A stretch of 64,000 nucleotides of DNA from an uncultured virus (IMG/VR IMGVR_UViG_3300011547_000001). Lineage: Duplodnaviria > Heunggongvirae > Uroviricota > Caudoviricetes. Below the pieces are notes generated by a model. The model was not told the DNA's origin, ran no database searches, and saw only the letters and a program-made list of their open reading frames with translations. A program made the translations under genes and the position numbers. The stretch is from the IMG/VR virus record IMGVR_UViG_3300011547_000001. One strand, 5' to 3'. Positions 1 to 9,532 of the stretch are shown piece after piece. Every line of letters begins with the position of its first letter. The first letter of the stretch is position 1.

Positions 1-2
1 CT

Positions 3-1043
3 AATAACCTCGGCACTGAACTGACCATGAATGCGACACTGTTGTTCTTGTATCAGGGCACTAACGGCGGAGACCCGACTGATTCCGATCGGAAGGTAGA
101 CCCCTCGCTGTACCCTGATCCAATGCTGGCGATCATCGAAACGCTTTACAACATCACCTTCGGTAAAGCATTGAATAACCTGTACAGCCGCATCCGTCCT
201 CTGGTGGGTGAAGCTCAGTACAAGCGTTATCCAGCAGATGTGCCTGAGACCTACACCGAAACCACCTATCTGAAAGAAGATGGTGAGATGGTAATCGTCG
301 ACGGTAAAGCAGTTATCGAGCATCGGGCAGGCGAAATCGTCTACAACTCCGACGGTAGTATGCGTTTGAAAGCTCGTGCTGGTTGGGTGATGTACGACGA
401 GAACGAACAGCCTATTGTGCTGGAACCTCGTGACCTTCAGTACCACTTCGACTTCATCGGTTTCGATGGAGCCTATCTCTTCACAGGAGACGACTACGAC
501 AAAGACTTCGCGCAAGAAACGAAGAACCTGTTCCTGAACGTCATCGGGACGGACATGGACTTCTTCAACTCGATGTCGATCGACCAGACGGCGATGAGTT
601 ATCAGCCGCGTAACAAGCTTGGTTATCAGAAGGTGGTAATCAACAGCAACGCACAGACCTACCTCAAGCAGGACCTGTCGTTTGTTGTGACCTATTACCT
701 GACGAAGGCAGGCAACAAGAATGCCCCTCTCAAGGAAGCCCTCCGCGAGTCCTCTCCGCGCACGATCAACGGCTGGCTTTATGGTGCATCCACCACGGCT
801 AACTCCGATCTCATCGCGGCTCTGAGGGCGGCTGCAAGCAGTCCTGAGGTTAAGGCTATCCGCGTGGATGCCTTTGCTGGCAATACCCTGATTGACGTTA
901 TCAGTAACGCTGACCAACTCAGTGGGTTCTCGGTTCGTAAAGAACTGCAACTCACCAGCGATGGTTTGCTGTCGATCAAAGAAGCCGTTGAAGTTGGCTT
1001 TGAGCCTCACGATGTAAGCATGGTAAACCTCGGTTCGTTCTGA
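3..1043 (+). CDS. C-terminal part of a large, probably virion structural protein (truncated at the window edge)
   Basis: The frame is open from position 3, upstream of the ATG at 27. The ORF is followed by a hairpin. Function is inferred from context only. Confidence 0.55.
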   Translation, partial: NNLGTELTMNATLLFLYQGTNGGDPTDSDRKVDPSLYPDPMLAIIETLYNITFGKALNNLYSRIRPLVGEAQYKRYPADVPETYTETTYLKEDGEMVIVDGKAVIEHRAGEIVYNSDGSMRLKARAGWVMYDENEQPIVLEPRDLQYHFDFIGFDGAYLFTGDDYDKDFAQETKNLFLNVIGTDMDFFNSMSIDQTAMSYQPRNKLGYQKVVINSNAQTYLKQDLSFVVTYYLTKAGNKNAPLKEALRESSPRTINGWLYGASTTANSDLIAALRAAASSPEVKAIRVDAFAGNTLIDVISNADQLSGFSVRKELQLTSDGLLSIKEAVEVGFEPHDVSMVNLGSF

Positions 1044-1053
1044 ACCAGCTATA

Positions 1054-1088
1054 ACCCCTCCCCTGCCCTTACCAGGCAGGGGGGGGGT
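1054..1088. terminator. GC-rich hairpin between convergent genes
   Basis: acccctcccctgcc ... ggcagggggggggt, between stops at 1043 and 1097. Confidence 0.7.
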
Positions 1089-1096
1089 ATGGCCGC

Positions 1097-1843
1097 TTAC
1101 TCGTCCAGCAGGTCGCTCAGGTAACGCATGAACATGTAACCCACCATGATCTGTGGAACAGTGCGCTTGAGCGCCCATTCGATATCATCGAGGGAGAACC
1201 ATTCACGGTACCCGTAGTTGCTGATGGATTCCACGTAGGTTTTCTGAGCTTCGCGCAGACGAGGGATGAAGTCGTCAATGAAGAGGTAATCCCCGTTGAC
1301 AACCGACGAAGGCGCTTCCGCCTCGTTTACCAGGTCTGGCCAGTTGTTGGCCTTACCGTCCTCGATGGCGCTGCGTGCTTCCCAGGAGTAGTCCTCGATG
1401 AAAGCAATGTACGTCAGGCAGTTACGACGGAAGTCGTTGTAAGCTTCTACCTTCAGCGCATTCTCTTCGGTCACCTCACCCGATACCAGCCTGGGCATGA
1501 CCTCACTCACGGTGTCAATGATGAACCCGTGGATGGTATCGAAGTACTTCGCCATGAACGCCGTATCAGCACGCCAGGCGGCGAGGTCAGTCGGAGACAT
1601 CCTGGCGCCTGACAACACACGCCCATTCTGCTCAGGGAACGCGGCAGAGAGCTGAGTGCGCAGCTTTTTACCGTAGTCCTGATTTTGCCAGAGGTCGCTG
1701 ATGATGCGGTTGGCCAGCGGGACGTCAACCCCCTTTTCGAAACTCTTGATCATCTCTTGAGTTGCTTCGAGGGTTTTGTTCGCAGCCGTTACAGCCTCCA
1801 GCTTGAGGGCTTCAATCACTTCCCAACGTTCGGTGATATTCAC
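1097..1843 (-). CDS. Hypothetical protein
   Basis: ORF of about 248 aa. A GTG at 1843 overlaps the upstream stop (GTGA) and is preceded by GGGGGAG. Alternative ATG at 1858. Confidence 0.7.
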   Translation of the reverse strand: MNITERWEVIEALKLEAVTAANKTLEATQEMIKSFEKGVDVPLANRIISDLWQNQDYGKKLRTQLSAAFPEQNGRVLSGARMSPTDLAAWRADTAFMAKYFDTIHGFIIDTVSEVMPRLVSGEVTEENALKVEAYNDFRRNCLTYIAFIEDYSWEARSAIEDGKANNWPDLVNEAEAPSSVVNGDYLFIDDFIPRLREAQKTYVESISNYGYREWFSLDDIEWALKRTVPQIMVGYMFMRYLSDLLDE

Positions 1844-3753
1844 ACGAGACTCCCCCATCCGATTTGTTTGCTGAAGTTGTTCAGCGAGGTTTTGATGCCC
1901 GCGATATCTTCAGTAATCATGAAGTTGACGTGTGCCGCCATCTTCTCGGCCAGCGTTTCAGCATCCTCGCGCTTGACGAACACGAGGTTGTTGGGAAGGC
2001 CAAAGACGTCAGCCGCAGGATTGAGACCCTTGGAACGCGCTTCCTTGATCACCTTCTCGATGGTTTCAACATCGTTGATCACCATGCTGTAATAATACGC
2101 ATGGCAGCGACGATGCCAATCGACCAGGTTGCTGATCTGCTTCTCGACAATCAGCAGAGACTGCGTGACGTTGAAGCAGTACTGAGTGAAGTTACGAACC
2201 GCCACACCCATGGCCTGGTATTCACCGGTCAGGTTCGGGAACTCGAAGAAGCTGGCAATGGCCTCGACCTTCTGCGAATCGGTCTTGTCGACGACGTTAC
2301 CCAGCTCACGCCAGTTGATCTTCGACAGGTCGATCTCGTTGTCGTTGACTTCCTGGTAACGAGCGTTCAGGTAGGCGATAGCCGTCATGATCTCGGAGGC
2401 GTTGTGAGGCGACAGCTTGACCTCTTCCGCTTTGATCGACGCCTTCAGCTTGTCACGTACTTCGGAGAAACCGTTCTCCAGCTGGTCGCTGGTGAAGTTG
2501 ATGCCGTACAACGCCGTATAAAGCGCACCAACGCTTTCCACGATGCCTTTCGGGTCCAGGGCCAGTTTAACTTCCTGGCACGCAGTCATCACACGGTTAA
2601 CCTCGGAAGACGTCATCGACGAACGGGACTTCGAGAAGTCAGCGCTCTTCTGATGAACACGCACACGGTTGTATTCGTCAGCGATGGTCTTCTTTAGGGC
2701 CTTGGTCTTAATGACAACCAAGTCGCCGGCCTTCTTGATCTTGACCAGTGCGTTCTGCATGATGGGGATGGAGTTCGCCAACCCTTCGATGCTTTCCTTG
2801 TCACCTTCCAGCTTGTTGCGCATCATGGTGAGTTGGAGAGAACGTCGCTGACCTTGTTTCAGGTCACCCACGTAACGCTCGACGTTGTAGTATTTGGGAT
2901 CCAGACCGAGGCGGGTGATGGTTTCCTCGAATTCCTTCTTCATGCCTTCCAACGAATCGTCGATGGCCTTGTCGATACGGGCGCTCTTACGGAAGCCGAA
3001 GATAGCCTTGACCGTGTCCACCACCCAGTCAATCGCCATGCGAATGTACTTGATGATGGTTTCAATGAAGGATTTGAAGCCTTCAGCGATGGTGCTGAGG
3101 AAACCTTCAGCACCCATACGGGCGTTACGCTCGGATGGGAACGGGTCGTAGTTCCTGGCGCCTTGCAGATTCAGCATGAGCGCTGTACGGCGGGAAAGCT
3201 TGCCCAGGGACAGCTCTTCCACACCTTGAACAACGACGGTCTTGCCTTCCTGATCGGTCTCACGATAGTACTCGTTCAGATCGATCTTCTGCTTGTTCTC
3301 GCCGGGGACGTACGAATTGGAGGGCTCGACCAACTGGAAGTAGTCATGGCAGTTCACCATTTCTTGAGTGAGGAAGGTGACCAGTTCTTTGAACTCTTCC
3401 CATTCGCCGACGTCAACGTCTTCGCCTTTAGGCCCCATGCGGACAATCGCTTTCCAGCTGCAGCCGCAGACGGTGCCGGTGTTGGCCAGCTGGCCACGAA
3501 CTTCATTGGCGCGTTTATGCGCGGTGGCGTGGATGGCCGAAGCAGGGATTGGGAATACGGCGTTCCACTTCTCCAGCATGAACCAGGCGCGTTTACCCAG
3601 GGCGTCGGTCCACTGGGTGTCGTTGGTGAAACAGTTGCGAGTGATCGCGCGAACGAAAGCTTCGCTGATTACCGGCGCTTGTACCTGTACGTCGGTAGCA
3701 CCCCATTCGGCGAGTTTGTTCTTGAGTGCAATGACATGGATCAAATGGGACAT
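1840..3753 (-). CDS. Probable internal head (virion) protein with prohead-protease-type G-x-E sites
   Basis: 637 aa, RBS AAGGAG. GAEGFLSTIAEGFK followed by an amphipathic helix is typical of phiKZ-like internal head protein families. Confidence 0.6.
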   Translation of the reverse strand: MSHLIHVIALKNKLAEWGATDVQVQAPVISEAFVRAITRNCFTNDTQWTDALGKRAWFMLEKWNAVFPIPASAIHATAHKRANEVRGQLANTGTVCGCSWKAIVRMGPKGEDVDVGEWEEFKELVTFLTQEMVNCHDYFQLVEPSNSYVPGENKQKIDLNEYYRETDQEGKTVVVQGVEELSLGKLSRRTALMLNLQGARNYDPFPSERNARMGAEGFLSTIAEGFKSFIETIIKYIRMAIDWVVDTVKAIFGFRKSARIDKAIDDSLEGMKKEFEETITRLGLDPKYYNVERYVGDLKQGQRRSLQLTMMRNKLEGDKESIEGLANSIPIMQNALVKIKKAGDLVVIKTKALKKTIADEYNRVRVHQKSADFSKSRSSMTSSEVNRVMTACQEVKLALDPKGIVESVGALYTALYGINFTSDQLENGFSEVRDKLKASIKAEEVKLSPHNASEIMTAIAYLNARYQEVNDNEIDLSKINWRELGNVVDKTDSQKVEAIASFFEFPNLTGEYQAMGVAVRNFTQYCFNVTQSLLIVEKQISNLVDWHRRCHAYYYSMVINDVETIEKVIKEARSKGLNPAADVFGLPNNLVFVKREDAETLAEKMAAHVNFMITEDIAGIKTSLNNFSKQIGWGSLV

Positions 3754-3762
3754 GGTCGCTCC

Positions 3763-5123
3763 TTAACGCAAGGCTTGAAGTTGTGCAGGGATGAGGTTGA
3801 GTTCGTGGTTGGCCAGGACACTGGTGTAATGCTCCACCTCTTGCAGGCGGAAGTCATTGCCGCTCATCATCCAGCCAAAGAAACGATGAATCACGGTGTT
3901 GTCGTACCAAGGTTTCAACTTGTCGTTGATCTTGACCAAGTTCTCCAGGTCTTTGACCAACTCAGCTTTTGCCTTGTTGTCCATGTTCTTGTCTTCGCGC
4001 AGCTTGGCAATCATCTGCCGCAGCGCGTCATCGAAACGACGATGGTCGGCGTTGTACACACCGGCATAACCGCGCGAGAAGTAGTTGAACAAGTACATGA
4101 AGGTGAAGATGATCAGGCCGCCGGTAATGAGCACGATAGCTGGCACGCCCACGATAATCGCGGACAACAGGCTGGGGAGCGTCATGAGTCCGATGAAGAT
4201 GGTCTGCACCGCGGCGATCAGGATACCGCTCAGTACTACTTCGATGCAACCGGTATCCACCATGATAGCGATGGCCGCAATGACGTCTTTTCCGAAGCCC
4301 ATGCGAATGGCGTACATATCAGCCACTACTTCGGAAGACATGCGCTCCACACCAACCGACAGAGCGCGAGAGGTATTGCGCTGAGAGGTCAGTTTCCCGA
4401 AGTACATGATGACTGCTTTGGCGTCTGGATCATTTGCAATCACTTGGAGTTCGGACTGTTTCTTTTTGTCCAAATCCAGAATAGAAGCAATATCCTGCAA
4501 CACCACTACACGGTCTTCGGTTCGTTCCGAATTGGTGTAGAAGTGAAGCGCGGCTTTAGCCAGCAGGTTATCGGCACAGGCGGTGGCCAGCATCATGCAC
4601 GCGCCGAAGCAATGACCTTTCTCATGGGCAAGGGCGCCTGCCAGCAACCGATGGAGCGGAACGCCGTACTTCTGGACCTTATCCTTGGAGAAATAAGAGT
4701 TCAGGTTACGATTGATTCGCAGCTCAANNNNNNNNNNGAGCCCGTCACCTTACCCGTTTTATAGTCGATGCCACCTTTGAAAACCTTCTCGGTGTTCTGG
4801 GTGAACCAACGATAGAGCGTGCTCTGAGTGGATTTCAGCAGCTCATCCGCATACTCGCTGTTCAGTACATGGTTGGGGGAGAAGTACGCCACGTCAACCG
4901 ACAGGTTACCTGAGTCGACGATCTTGAGCGTGATGTTATCAAACCCGGTGTATTCTGCGAGGATCTTCAGGATGCCCTCGCGCGCTTCATAAGCGAGAAC
5001 ACCCATGGCATCGATATGCTGTTCCAGGTGGTCGCTCATCTTGCGGGCGAAGTCTTCGTTCTGGAAGTCGATGAACTCCAGCCCTCCAACTCGCCACTTG
5101 GTCAAAAAATCCATCGAAATCAT
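3763..5123 (-). CDS. Membrane-associated HExxH zinc-metallopeptidase-like protein (M48/HtpX-like), interrupted by an N gap
   Basis: ORFs 4701-5123 and 3763-4647 join across the gap at ~4728-4737. Motifs ALAHEKGH and EVVADMYA, plus two hydrophobic segments. Confidence 0.6.
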
Positions 5124-5206
5124 GAAGGGCGTTCTCCGTTAAATTTAGAACTGTGTCGCCATTGTTATAGCGCTAGAAAGCGGGCATAAAATGCAGGGGC
5201 AAATGA

Positions 5207-7036
5207 ATGCAAACCAACACTTCACCCATCATTGCTAAAGTTTGTAAACACGCCGCATCAAGCAATCACCGCTGGGACCGTAAAAAGGATCTGTTGTGCG
5301 CGAAGATTACCAACATCCATGCTGATGGTACGCGCACTAACGAGTTGATCGGTATCGAGAACTACAAGCAGCCGTACTGGATCGTCAAAGAACAGCATCG
5401 TAAGTTTAAGCAGCACAAGGACTATATCGAAGAACGGTACGTTCGGGAATACACAGGTGCTCGTGCAACGATTCCGTTCGAGGTCAAGAAACAGCTCTTT
5501 GGTGCAGCTGACCATAAAGCCACCATTCGTGACGTAAAAGATTTTCCGTATGTCTTTGGTTTGGACCAAACACCTGCGGTTCACTTCAAACAAAGTTATT
5601 TCCAGCGTTATGGCGAATACCAAGAGAAAGAACCGTACACAGTGGCCGCCTTCGACGTTGAGGGTGACATGTACAAGGAAGGCGTTCCCATCATGATGGC
5701 TTCTGTCACCATGAAAAAGAAAGCCTACTTTGCAGCAGTCCGTAGTTGGTATAACGAGAAAGATGATGCAACAATTCTCCGCAAGTTAAAAGAAGCGGAA
5801 GAAAAGTATTTATCGCCGCACTTAAAACGGCGTAGTTGCTCGGTTGTTTACGAGTTATTCGATACGCCGGGTCAAGTGGTTAAAGCGTGTATCGACAAGT
5901 TTCATGAGTGGGAACCTGATTGGATTCTGTCGTGGAACGCAGGCTACGACATGGAAGCCTCTCAGAAGGCGCTGGAGGCCGAAGGATACGATCTCCCTGA
6001 CGTATACTGCGACCCGAGCATTCCGCGCGAGTATCGCTATTACAAGTACGATCCAGGCCGTACTCACAAGGTTAAAGAGAACGGCATGCGCAGTCCTCTG
6101 GAACCTCAAGAGAAGTGGCCTAGCGTTCGCACCATGGCGAAGTGGCAATGGGCCGATGCAATGTCGGGTTACGGCATCAAGCGATTCTCGTCTGGTAAGT
6201 TGGAAAGTTATTCGCTTGAAGCTGTTAGTCAACGTGAGAAAGTTCCTGGCAAACTGTATACCGAGGAAGGTAACGACCAAGGTAACGGCACACCACAGTG
6301 GCACCGTTATATGCAGAAGAACTACCCTTATCTGTACTCGATGTACAACATCGCTGATAACTTCCCAATTGAAGAGATCAACGAAGCAACAATGGACTTC
6401 ACTCTGTCGATTCCTATGTTGCTGCGTTATTCGGAATACTTCAACTTTGTTTCTCAGCCTCGTTTGATTTCTGACACGCTGAGTTTCATTGCGCGGGAGA
6501 AAGGGTATGTCTGGGGCAGCACTCCTGCTCAACGAGACAAAACGCTCAACAACATGCTGCCGACATTGGACGAGTGGATTGCATTGCTCGATACCGAGAA
6601 GAACGCTACGAAGGGACGTGCGTTGTTTATCGGTCTTTACGACGTCATCAGTTCTGGTCGACTAGACACGTCCGACTTGGACGTCGAAGGAGCGTATCCA
6701 ACAGCGACGCTAGCCCTCAATGCGGGGGCCAAGACAACACAGCTTGAGGTATGCCAGATCCAAGGTGCAGACCCGATCAAGTTCCGTGAGATTGCAGTTA
6801 ACTACGCGAGTAGTCCTCAAGCGAACGCGATCAGTCTTTGCCATGACCTGTTCCGCTTCCCACACATCGCAGAAATGCGTGAAGAGTTCGAGCGTGTTCT
6901 TATCGAACTGGGTATGGCAGACATTGTGGAAGAAATGCGTAAGCAAGTTCCTCCTCCACCTAAAGCTGAAGTTGTTCAACTCGTACAACCAAAACCAGCA
7001 GAACCTGTTCAACCAGAAATACAGAAAGCGGCATAA
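5207..7036 (+). CDS. Split family-B DNA polymerase, N-terminal subunit (3'-5' exonuclease plus motif A; phiKZ gp82-like)
   Basis: ExoI AFDVEGD, ExoII SWNAGYD, ExoIII YNIAD, motif A DLDVEGAYPT. Motifs B and C are absent here and present at 38410-40492. Confidence 0.85.
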   Translation: MQTNTSPIIAKVCKHAASSNHRWDRKKDLLCAKITNIHADGTRTNELIGIENYKQPYWIVKEQHRKFKQHKDYIEERYVREYTGARATIPFEVKKQLFGAADHKATIRDVKDFPYVFGLDQTPAVHFKQSYFQRYGEYQEKEPYTVAAFDVEGDMYKEGVPIMMASVTMKKKAYFAAVRSWYNEKDDATILRKLKEAEEKYLSPHLKRRSCSVVYELFDTPGQVVKACIDKFHEWEPDWILSWNAGYDMEASQKALEAEGYDLPDVYCDPSIPREYRYYKYDPGRTHKVKENGMRSPLEPQEKWPSVRTMAKWQWADAMSGYGIKRFSSGKLESYSLEAVSQREKVPGKLYTEEGNDQGNGTPQWHRYMQKNYPYLYSMYNIADNFPIEEINEATMDFTLSIPMLLRYSEYFNFVSQPRLISDTLSFIAREKGYVWGSTPAQRDKTLNNMLPTLDEWIALLDTEKNATKGRALFIGLYDVISSGRLDTSDLDVEGAYPTATLALNAGAKTTQLEVCQIQGADPIKFREIAVNYASSPQANAISLCHDLFRFPHIAEMREEFERVLIELGMADIVEEMRKQVPPPPKAEVVQLVQPKPAEPVQPEIQKAA

Positions 7037-7048
7037 AGCAGCCATAAG

Positions 7049-7078
7049 CCCCTCTCCCGTCCTAGGACGGGAGAGGGG
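7049..7078. terminator. Perfect palindromic hairpin between convergent genes
   Basis: cccctctcccgtcc-ta-ggacgggagagggg. Confidence 0.75.
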
Positions 7079-7093
7079 TAGCCTTACGACCGG

Positions 7094-8242
7094 TTACTTC
7101 TTGTCCTTCTTGTCCTTGGCGTCTTTGTCGTCCTTGGCATCGGTTTCAGGAGCAGCGGAGCCGCTACCGCCATCACCGATACCGAACACACCAACCAGCG
7201 CGGCGTTGGCGTTCTTGACGTGGGTGAAGTTGGCCTCGATCAGCTTCGACATGCGGGTAGCGCCGACCATGAGCGTGCGCAGTGCGCCAACTTCAGCGGT
7301 CAGTTCTTTCTTGTCGTTGGCATCCTTGGCCTTCTTCAGCTTGCCCTCGGTGGCGGTGATGATGCTGTCGATGGCGCCTTTCTTCTTGTTGAAGATGTCC
7401 GATAGCGCCTTCACGCGATCGATGTTGGCCGACGCAGCAGTACCGAAGGAGATGGCACCCTGGACGGTGTCGATCGAGGTTGCGCCTTGCAGGGTCTTCA
7501 GGAAGACCGCTTCACCCATGTTGTGCTTGGTGATTTCACTGGACATGTCAGTGAGCAGGTGCATGGCCGGGTGGTCCTTGGCGGACAGGGCACCCGCAGC
7601 CTTGGCTTCACCAGCTTTCATGCCGTCGGCCGCTGCCTTGATCAGGGCGTTCTTGGCATTGACCGCCTTGTCGACCACACCTTTCAGCTTGGCCTTGCCC
7701 TTGTCGTTCATCTTGGCGTATTCGGCCAGGGCAGCCTTGATGGCCTTCTTCTTCTCGGCAGGGGACTTGGCGTCTTTCAACGCTTTACCCGCCGCGGAGT
7801 CGCCTAGAGCAGGAGCCATTTTGCTGGCTTGCTTGTTGGCGTCTTCGTCGGACTGGGTGCCTGCGTCAGCGGCCTTCAGCTCGTCGGTCTTATCCTTGAT
7901 GTCGTCCTTGGCATCCTTGGCCTCTTTCTCGGCATCGCGCGAGAAGAAGAAGTCCCAGATCGACTTGAAGGTCTTGCAGATGAAGTCCCAGACAGCTTTG
8001 AAGCCGTCGCCGATGGCGGAGAACACGCCTTCCATACCTTCGACGCCATGACCGCGCAGCATGCCGTGGGAACGCAGAATGCCTACCGCGTAGTGCTGGG
8101 CTTGGGTCAGGTTGTCGAAACGCTGGAGGCTTTCACTGCCGTTGATTTCGAGGGTGTGTTCGAGGGCGTCGTACATGATTTCCATGTGCGGGACATCGGG
8201 AACCGCGTAGTTGTCGCCATCGAGTTCGAGAGTAGTTTCCAT
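7094..8242 (-). CDS. Probable internal head protein (Ala/Lys-rich, G-x-E processing sites)
   Basis: 382 aa. GVEGMEGVFSAIGDGFKAVWDF resembles the motif in the 637-aa protein. Strongly biased codon usage. Confidence 0.65.
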   Translation of the reverse strand: METTLELDGDNYAVPDVPHMEIMYDALEHTLEINGSESLQRFDNLTQAQHYAVGILRSHGMLRGHGVEGMEGVFSAIGDGFKAVWDFICKTFKSIWDFFFSRDAEKEAKDAKDDIKDKTDELKAADAGTQSDEDANKQASKMAPALGDSAAGKALKDAKSPAEKKKAIKAALAEYAKMNDKGKAKLKGVVDKAVNAKNALIKAAADGMKAGEAKAAGALSAKDHPAMHLLTDMSSEITKHNMGEAVFLKTLQGATSIDTVQGAISFGTAASANIDRVKALSDIFNKKKGAIDSIITATEGKLKKAKDANDKKELTAEVGALRTLMVGATRMSKLIEANFTHVKNANAALVGVFGIGDGGSGSAAPETDAKDDKDAKDKKDKK

Positions 8243-8271
8243 GATGCTTCCTTGTGTTCTGGGCCGGTGCC

Positions 8272-8991
8272 TTAGGCCGCGGTGTGTTTGCGGTAGTAAG
8301 CCGTGACGTTCTCACGCGCCTTGGTGGGGAAGTTCTCGATGACCGCGGTGATGTCAACCATCTTGCCGAGGTCGCGACGACGTTTCCAGTTCTGGGTCAG
8401 GGTCAGCAGGAACTGGATGTAGCGCTGGTAGCACGCCACGGATTCAGCCGGGTAGTAGAGTTCCAGCTTGGGGATGAAGCGGAATGCAACACCGCCGTCG
8501 GACACCACCTTGATGTCCTTACGGAGCGCAGTGCGCAGCGCATCAGCAACCAGCTCGAACTGGTCGTAAGGAAGCTTCAGGCTCTCACCCACGGTGTTCA
8601 TGAAATCGACCTGCTCGCGATCGCGGTCTTTCTTGGCAGGAATGCCCAGACGGCTGGCCAGGAAGTCGAAGTGACGGTTGATGCGGGTGAGCATGATGTC
8701 GGTCACAGCGGTACCGCGACCGTTGACGATTTCGTCTTTAGCGACGGACGCAGCAGGATCGGCCAGGGAAGGCTCGGCGGATGGGATGACCGCGGGTGCT
8801 TGAACAACAGCGGCAGCGGCAGGATCGGCAGCGGGATCGCCGCCCTCGGTGTTGCTATCACCATCACCGGAGACGGTAGTGGGATCGCCGCCTTCTTGTT
8901 TGGTGGTTTCCAGGACGAGTTCTTTCTTCTCGTCCGGTTTACCGGAGAGGTCTTTGACCTCGGTGCCGGTGGTGGTATCTTTTTTGCTCAT
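8272..8991 (-). CDS. Hypothetical protein with a disordered acidic/Pro-Ala N-terminus
   Basis: 239-aa ORF with TTTTATG (late-promoter-like) upstream at 9037-9043. Confidence 0.75.
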   Translation of the reverse strand: MSKKDTTTGTEVKDLSGKPDEKKELVLETTKQEGGDPTTVSGDGDSNTEGGDPAADPAAAAVVQAPAVIPSAEPSLADPAASVAKDEIVNGRGTAVTDIMLTRINRHFDFLASRLGIPAKKDRDREQVDFMNTVGESLKLPYDQFELVADALRTALRKDIKVVSDGGVAFRFIPKLELYYPAESVACYQRYIQFLLTLTQNWKRRRDLGKMVDITAVIENFPTKARENVTAYYRKHTAA

Positions 8992-9083
8992 CGAAAGGGC
9001 CCTTTACGATAGAGATCCGGAAATATTTCTAAGCAGCATAAAATACCTACCCTCAGCAACCCGAAGGCCACTGAGGATAGGGT

Positions 9084-9482
9084 TTACTTCTTAAGCAGTT
9101 CGTGCAGCCCAAGTTTCTTGATCATCGCCAGCTGCTCTTTACGAATAGCGGAATCGGAATCATCTTCCTGTTCCTCTTCAGCCTTTTGCCTTGCGATCTG
9201 ACCTTCGACGACAGCTTCCAGAAGTTCGTCCAGCATTGCCATCGGCATGGACATGTAGTCCTTTAGCGGGAGTACTTCTGAAAGCTTGTTAAAGCCATAG
9301 CGCTTGCCACTCGACTTCCAAGACCAAGGATGATAGAAGTTGTGTTCCGCTTCGTAATAAGCCACCGAAGCAAACGGGCTCCTGCGTGCGATGCCGTAGT
9401 ACCCCATGTTGAGGTGATACAACATTCGCTCGTTCAGCAACATTGAATCAGCAGAGACACCGCGAAGGTCTTTACCCAGCAC
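9084..9482 (-). CDS. Hypothetical protein, probably the -1 frameshift extension of the upstream gene
   Basis: GTG start without an evident RBS. The frame is open back through the T TTT TTT heptamer at 9617-9623. Confidence 0.6.
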   Translation of the reverse strand: MLGKDLRGVSADSMLLNERMLYHLNMGYYGIARRSPFASVAYYEAEHNFYHPWSWKSSGKRYGFNKLSEVLPLKDYMSMPMAMLDELLEAVVEGQIARQKAEEEQEDDSDSAIRKEQLAMIKKLGLHELLKK

Positions 9483-9532
9483 ATTCGCGATAACGTTTCT
9501 GAACGCAGGACTGAACGCAGGGCCGTGTTCCG

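Noticed and set aside
2833..4764. Long antisense ORFs (643 aa here; also 9551-11284, 22819-25737, 33957-35879, 50516-52855, 58158-60503)
   Set aside because: They are shadows of strongly codon-biased genes on the other strand, with no RBS or recognisable motifs.
4701..4764. Apparent frameshifts or split genes at 4728, 17665, 39528 and 62840
   Set aside because: All coincide with N gaps of uncertain length, so they are assembly artefacts rather than pseudogenes or recoding.
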